In this document: in pieces, positions 59,394-64,000 of the stretch
Position numbering within the stretch: position 1 is the first letter of the stretch
Layout: every line of letters starts with the position of its first letter
Source of the DNA: Candidatus Uhrbacteria bacterium
GTDB lineage: Bacteria > Patescibacteriota > Patescibacteriia > UBA9934 > GWF2-40-263
Direction: 5' to 3'
Assembly: GCA_016219925.1 (NCBI GenBank)
Contig: JACRJU010000003.1
Location: forward strand, 22,505-86,504
Length of the DNA: 64,000 nucleotides
Notes under the pieces: model-generated
What the model was told of the DNA's origin: nothing
The model's database searches: none
The model's input: the letters and a program-made list of their open reading frames with translations, nothing else
Program-made: the position numbers and the translations under genes

Positions 59394-60503
59394 ATGGGCA
59401 CCATTTTGGTTTTTATTATCATTTTGTCACTGCTCGTTTTTGTCCACGAACTTGGACATTTTTTGATGGCAAAAAAAATGGGCATGAAGGTTGAGGAATT
59501 CGGGTTTGGTTTCCCACCACGGTTATTTGGCCTGACGCGCGGGGAGACGACGTATTCTATCAACAGTATTCCTCTTGGGGGATTTGTGCGCATCAAAGGC
59601 GAATCCGGTGAACATCGCGATCATCCAGACAGCTTTTCTTCCAAATCCGCCCTTGCGCGTTTTGGCGTGCTTGTCGCTGGTGTGGCGATGAACCTCCTAT
59701 TGGCCGCGGTTCTTCTTTCTGTTGGATTCATGATTGGCCTTCCTGGCATTGTAGATGAATCGCTCCCGTCGTCGGCTCATGTACGAGATCGCCATTTGAT
59801 GATCATGAACGTGCTGGCCGATTCGCCAGCGGCGAAAGCCGGTATTCAAGCTGGCGATATTTTGCTGAATATTGATGCGCAAACTTTTACCACCACTCAA
59901 CAAGCTCGGGACTACATTGCAAGCAAAGCGTCTGAACCCATGACGGTGTTGGTTGAAGATCAACAGCACGTTTCGCATCAATCCGAACTTGTTGTCCAGT
60001 CGCTTCCCAGTACAGGGACGATTGGTTTGGGTGTCGGCTTGGTTCAAACAGGTCTCATCTCTTATCCGTTTTTGGATGCCGTGATACAAGGGATTGGACA
60101 GACGATTTCTCTTACCGGCGAGATTCTCAAAGCCTTTGGTGGCATCGTGAAAAGTTTAATTGGTGGTCATGGGGTGGGGGTTGATTTGTCCGGGCCCGTG
60201 GGCATTGCCGTCATGACCGGACAGGTCGCCGCTCTCGGGTTTGTGTATCTTCTGCAATTCACCGCGCTTTTGTCTATCAACTTGGCGGTTATCAATGTTT
60301 TGCCGTTTCCCGCGTTGGATGGAGGTCGCATTTTGTTTTTGCTTATTGAAAAATGGCGCGGTCGAGCGGTTGATGAGAGAGTAGAAACCGCGGCCCACAA
60401 TCTGGGTTTCCTTTTGTTGATGGTTTTGGTTCTTTTGGTGACCTACAAAGACTTTGCAACGTACGGCGGGGAGATCATCAAAGCCTTTCAATCTCTCACC
60501 TAA
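59394..60503 (+). CDS. rseP: RIP metalloprotease RseP (M50, PDZ)
   Basis: HELGH, PLGGFV, PDZ DSPAAKAGIQAGD, NVLPFPALDGG; promoter TTGCGC-17-TATCAT (59355-59383). Confidence 0.95.
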   Translation: MGTILVFIIILSLLVFVHELGHFLMAKKMGMKVEEFGFGFPPRLFGLTRGETTYSINSIPLGGFVRIKGESGEHRDHPDSFSSKSALARFGVLVAGVAMNLLLAAVLLSVGFMIGLPGIVDESLPSSAHVRDRHLMIMNVLADSPAAKAGIQAGDILLNIDAQTFTTTQQARDYIASKASEPMTVLVEDQQHVSHQSELVVQSLPSTGTIGLGVGLVQTGLISYPFLDAVIQGIGQTISLTGEILKAFGGIVKSLIGGHGVGVDLSGPVGIAVMTGQVAALGFVYLLQFTALLSINLAVINVLPFPALDGGRILFLLIEKWRGRAVDERVETAAHNLGFLLLMVLVLLVTYKDFATYGGEIIKAFQSLT

Positions 60504-60508
60504 CGAAT

Positions 60509-61555
60509 ATGAAATCTGAACTTGAAAAATTGAAACAGGAGTTTGAAGCGGTCATGGAGACGATTACGGATCGCGCGGCTCTTGAACAAGCCAAAAATGA
60601 ATTTTTGGGACGCAAGGGCAGACTGAAGATGCTGTTAGAACAAGTTGCCAAGCTTGCGGGCGAAGAACGCAAAACGATTGGTCAGCTCGCCAACGAGGTA
60701 AAAGAGGGGCTTGAAGCCGCTTACCGTTACAAAGAACATGCTCTGAACGAGGCGCACACAAGCACACAAGCAGAGCGCGAATGGATTGATATCACCGAAC
60801 CCGGACACGCTCCAGAAGAAGGTCATTTGCATTTGACGAGTCAAGCGATTGAAGAGATTACTGATATTTTTTCGCGCGTGGGTTTTACCAGTGTTCGCGC
60901 GCCGGAGATTGATTGGGATTATTACGTCTTCGAGTCGCTCAATATGCCAAAGGATCATCCCGCTCGGGATGATTGGGAGACGTTTTTTGTTGAAGCGCCT
61001 GAAGGAAAAAAAGGCAAGATGGTTTTGACGCCGCATACCTCCAATTCGCAAGTGCGCCAGATGGAATTGGTCAAACCCCCCATTCGGATGATTAATATCA
61101 ACCGCACGTATCGTCGCCAGATCGATATCACCCATATCCCAATGTTTCATCAGTTCGAAGGATTGATGATCGATAAAGGCGTCGCGGTGATTCATCTCAA
61201 AGGCGTGTTGGATTATTTTGCTCGGACTTTTTTTGGACCGGATCGCCGCACGCGCTTGCGTCCGCATCACTTTCGATTCACCGAACCGAGTTTCGAAGTG
61301 GATATTAGTTGTGGAGTGTGCGGGGGTGATCTTTCGAAAAATTGTCGTCTTTGTAAAAGCGGATGGTTAGAATTGGGTGGAGCTGGCATGGTGCATCCGC
61401 GCGTGCTTGAAGCCGGAGGGTTGGATCCAAAAGAGTATTCTGGATTTGCGTTTGGGTGGGGAGTCGAGCGCACGCTCATGATGCGAGAAGGGATCAAAAT
61501 TGATGATATCCGTGTGCTGTACAAAAATGACCTGCGGTTTGTCAGACAGTTCTAA
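60509..61555 (+). CDS. pheS: Phenylalanine--tRNA ligase alpha subunit
   Basis: HPAR, HTS, FHQFEG, FRFTEPS, GFAFGWGVER. Confidence 0.98.
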   Translation: MKSELEKLKQEFEAVMETITDRAALEQAKNEFLGRKGRLKMLLEQVAKLAGEERKTIGQLANEVKEGLEAAYRYKEHALNEAHTSTQAEREWIDITEPGHAPEEGHLHLTSQAIEEITDIFSRVGFTSVRAPEIDWDYYVFESLNMPKDHPARDDWETFFVEAPEGKKGKMVLTPHTSNSQVRQMELVKPPIRMININRTYRRQIDITHIPMFHQFEGLMIDKGVAVIHLKGVLDYFARTFFGPDRRTRLRPHHFRFTEPSFEVDISCGVCGGDLSKNCRLCKSGWLELGGAGMVHPRVLEAGGLDPKEYSGFAFGWGVERTLMMREGIKIDDIRVLYKNDLRFVRQF

Positions 61556-61567
61556 ATAATTTGAAAC

Positions 61568-61954
61568 CAGAGATTGGTTATATCGCTTCTGAATCACGGG
61601 AGGAACCCTATGGATTCAGAAGCGATATAACCAATCACTGACACACTCTTCAGTTCTGAATCACGAGAGCTCCTGGCACAAGCCCTGTGAATCACGGGAG
61701 GAACCCTATGGATTCAGAAGCGATATAACAAATCACTGATTCACTCTAACCTGTTGATCTATTTTATTTTTTTGGTGATTTAAGTGGGTGCGAGGGCATA
61801 CACATGAGTGAATCCATAGGGTTCCTCCCGTGATTCACCCATGTGTATGCCCTCGCACCATCCCTCCTTTGATCATTAATTGAGTGAAACCACATGCCTA
61901 TTTGTAAACCCATAGGGTTCCTCCCGTGGTTTACAAATAGGCATGTGGTTTCAC
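61568..61954. repeat. Array of hairpins sharing the core CACGGGAGGAACCCTATGG
   Basis: Core at 61595-61613 (+), 61693-61711 (+), 61814-61832 (-) and 61910-61928 (-). Confidence 0.9.
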
Positions 61955-61961
61955 GATGATT

Positions 61962-64000
61962 ATGAACATTCTTGCCTCCTACAACTGGATCAAAGAATAT
62001 CTCGACACCGATCTTTCAGCGGAAGACTTCGCACGCAAAACAACCGCGGCGGGAAATTCTGTTGAACACATGGATCGTGTTGCCGATCGATTCGCAAACA
62101 TGATTGTTGGGTTTGTCAAAGAGGTAAAGCCACATCCAAATGCGGACAAACTTCAGATTGCCCAAACCGATATTGGAAAAGAAACGGTCGAGATTGTGTG
62201 CGGAGGAGTGAATCTGACGGAAGGGATGCGCGTGATCGTGGGTCTGCCGGGCGCTCGTGTGAAATGGCATGGAGAAGGAGAACTCGTTGAACTTGTGAAA
62301 ACGAAGATCCGCGGGGTCGAAAGCCACGGGATGATTTGTGCGGTGGAGGAGATTGGTTTTGAAAAACTTGCGACCGGCAAGAAGGATATTTGGAACATTA
62401 CAGCGCTCACTGATGCCAAACCCGGAACACCCATTGTCCAAGCTCTCGAACTCGACGAAGTGATTTTTGACATTGAGGTCACGAGTAACCGTCCCGATTG
62501 TCGATCCATCATCGGTCAGGCGCGCGAAGGGGCGGCTGTCACTTCTTCTGTCTTTGTGAAACCCGCGTTGGTGGTCAAAGGATCTCGAGGCGACTGCGGG
62601 TGGAACATCGAAGTCAAAGAACCCGTGCTCTGTCCGAAGTATTCCGCCGTGCTTGTCGATAACATCAAAGTTGGACCATCCCCGTGGTGGCTTCAGAAGA
62701 AGCTTTTGCTTGCTGGCTATCGTCCCATCAACAATGTGGTTGATATTACCAATGTTGTTTTGCATGAATATGGCCAGCCACTTCATGCGTTTGATGCGGA
62801 CAAATTGTACGGAGAGAAAATCGTCGTGCGCAAGGCGAAAAAACAGGAAAAGTTTCTGGCGCTTGATGGCAAAGATTACGAACTCTCAAGCGAGATGTTG
62901 GTCATTGCGGATGCAAAAAATGCGGTCGCGGTGGCGGGAGTGATGGGCGGCGAGTTCACAGGCACGACCGAACAGACCACGCGCGTCTTGATCGAGTCGG
63001 CAACTTTTGATTCTCTCTCTGTGCGCCGCACCGCTCGCGCGCTCAATCTCTATTCCGATTCACAATTGTTGTTTGAAAAGGGACTGTCTGTGGAAGCAAC
63101 CGGCCCGGCGCTTGAACGGGCCATCGAACTGTTGGGGCAAGTTGCTGGGGGAAACCTCGTCTCAGATGTGATGGTCCAAGAAGCCAAACCGTACGAACCT
63201 CGCATGTTTCCCTTTGATCCTTCAAGCGCAAATCGGTTGATGGGTCTTGAGTTGAGCGAAGCAGAGATGCGAGAGATTTTGGAGCGTTTAGGATTTGAAG
63301 CTAAAGGTGATCAGTTTATTGTTCCGTATTGGCGCGATCGCGATATTGAAAACAGCGTTGATTTCGTTGAAGAGATTGCGCGCGTCTATGGGTATGATCG
63401 TTTCCCATCCGTCCTCCCTTCGGGGGACTTGTCGCTTAATCGACAAGTCCCTGCGCTCGTGTGGACCCTTCGGGCCAAGACTCTTTTGTCTGGCATGGGG
63501 TTGAGCGAAGTTTACAGTTATAGCTTTGTGAGTGAGTCTCAACTCGAACGCTTCGGTGTTTCTCCGAAGGGTGCCGTTTTATTACGCAATCCATTAAGTG
63601 CAGAGTTTGCCTACATGCGCCCCTCACTTATTCCAAGCTTGCTGACAACCATCGAGCAGAATCAAGCGCGTTTTCCCGTGGCAGATTTTTTCGAACTGGC
63701 TCCAGTTTATACTCCACAAAAAAATGGTCTCCCGCAGGAAACGCTTCGGCTGGTTTTTGGGGTTTATGGAAAGGATGGGCGACAAGCTTTCTTGCGGGCC
63801 AAAGGATTTGTCCAGCGGTTTTTCCGTCAAACCGGACTCGGTGAGGTGGTCCTCAAGCGATTAGAAAAATCTACGGCCTTCCATTTGGGAAGATCCGCTA
63901 CCGTTGTCCACGACAAACACGAAGTCGGAACCATCGGACAAGTCTCGCAGGCCATGGCTAAAATGTTTGGGCTTGATGTGCAGGCGGTTGTGGTCGATCT
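61962..64000 (+). CDS. pheT: Phenylalanine--tRNA ligase beta subunit (runs off the window end)
   Basis: MNILASYNWIKEY, HPNADKL, IRGVESHGMIC, NRPD, INNVVDITN, EYGQPLHAFD. Confidence 0.96.
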   Translation, partial: MNILASYNWIKEYLDTDLSAEDFARKTTAAGNSVEHMDRVADRFANMIVGFVKEVKPHPNADKLQIAQTDIGKETVEIVCGGVNLTEGMRVIVGLPGARVKWHGEGELVELVKTKIRGVESHGMICAVEEIGFEKLATGKKDIWNITALTDAKPGTPIVQALELDEVIFDIEVTSNRPDCRSIIGQAREGAAVTSSVFVKPALVVKGSRGDCGWNIEVKEPVLCPKYSAVLVDNIKVGPSPWWLQKKLLLAGYRPINNVVDITNVVLHEYGQPLHAFDADKLYGEKIVVRKAKKQEKFLALDGKDYELSSEMLVIADAKNAVAVAGVMGGEFTGTTEQTTRVLIESATFDSLSVRRTARALNLYSDSQLLFEKGLSVEATGPALERAIELLGQVAGGNLVSDVMVQEAKPYEPRMFPFDPSSANRLMGLELSEAEMREILERLGFEAKGDQFIVPYWRDRDIENSVDFVEEIARVYGYDRFPSVLPSGDLSLNRQVPALVWTLRAKTLLSGMGLSEVYSYSFVSESQLERFGVSPKGAVLLRNPLSAEFAYMRPSLIPSLLTTIEQNQARFPVADFFELAPVYTPQKNGLPQETLRLVFGVYGKDGRQAFLRAKGFVQRFFRQTGLGEVVLKRLEKSTAFHLGRSATVVHDKHEVGTIGQVSQAMAKMFGLDVQAVVVD

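Noticed and set aside
61568-61954. Possible CRISPR array
   Set aside because: The core inverts midway and the intervening sequences are self-complementary arms, not spacers.

Overview
Chromosomal segment of a Patescibacteria (CPR) bacterium, most like class ABY1/Uhrbacteria. This is inferred from gene content, SD-less 'TATG' starts, a giant Cys-rich protein and a CPR-type VirB4/PrgI/VirB6 cluster. Genetic code 11 applies, since prfB is present and TGA acts as stop. Housekeeping genes: nusA, yidC, groES/EL with CIRCE, frameshifted prfB, tsaC, rsmA, serS, recG, radA, clpC, htpX, lemA, a phosphomannomutase, tyrS, rseP, pheS and partial pheT. There are three intact tRNAs (Ser-GCT, Ser-TGA, Arg-GCG). 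The most unusual signals are: (1) a small GIY-YIG nuclease gene inside a cluster of (C/T)GTC-tagged REP-like palindromes that also occur elsewhere in the window, arranged like RAYT/REPIN loci; (2) a nested tRNA-Arg locus, where an intact copy sits in an inverted-repeat insertion within the D-loop of a second copy that has a related insertion in its T-loop; (3) hairpins between pheS and pheT with an invariant 19-nt core and unrelated long stems; (4) an orphan cobalamin-riboswitch-like RNA with its own promoter and terminator; (5) a GC-rich, SD-led gene class, including a myxobacterial-style kinase module and an M23 lipoprotein with a structured leader; (6) tandem pilin-anchored C39/amidase proteins next to DsbA; (7) an HNH gene inserted in a tRNA-Ser operon. 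All calls come from reading the sequence; no searches were run.
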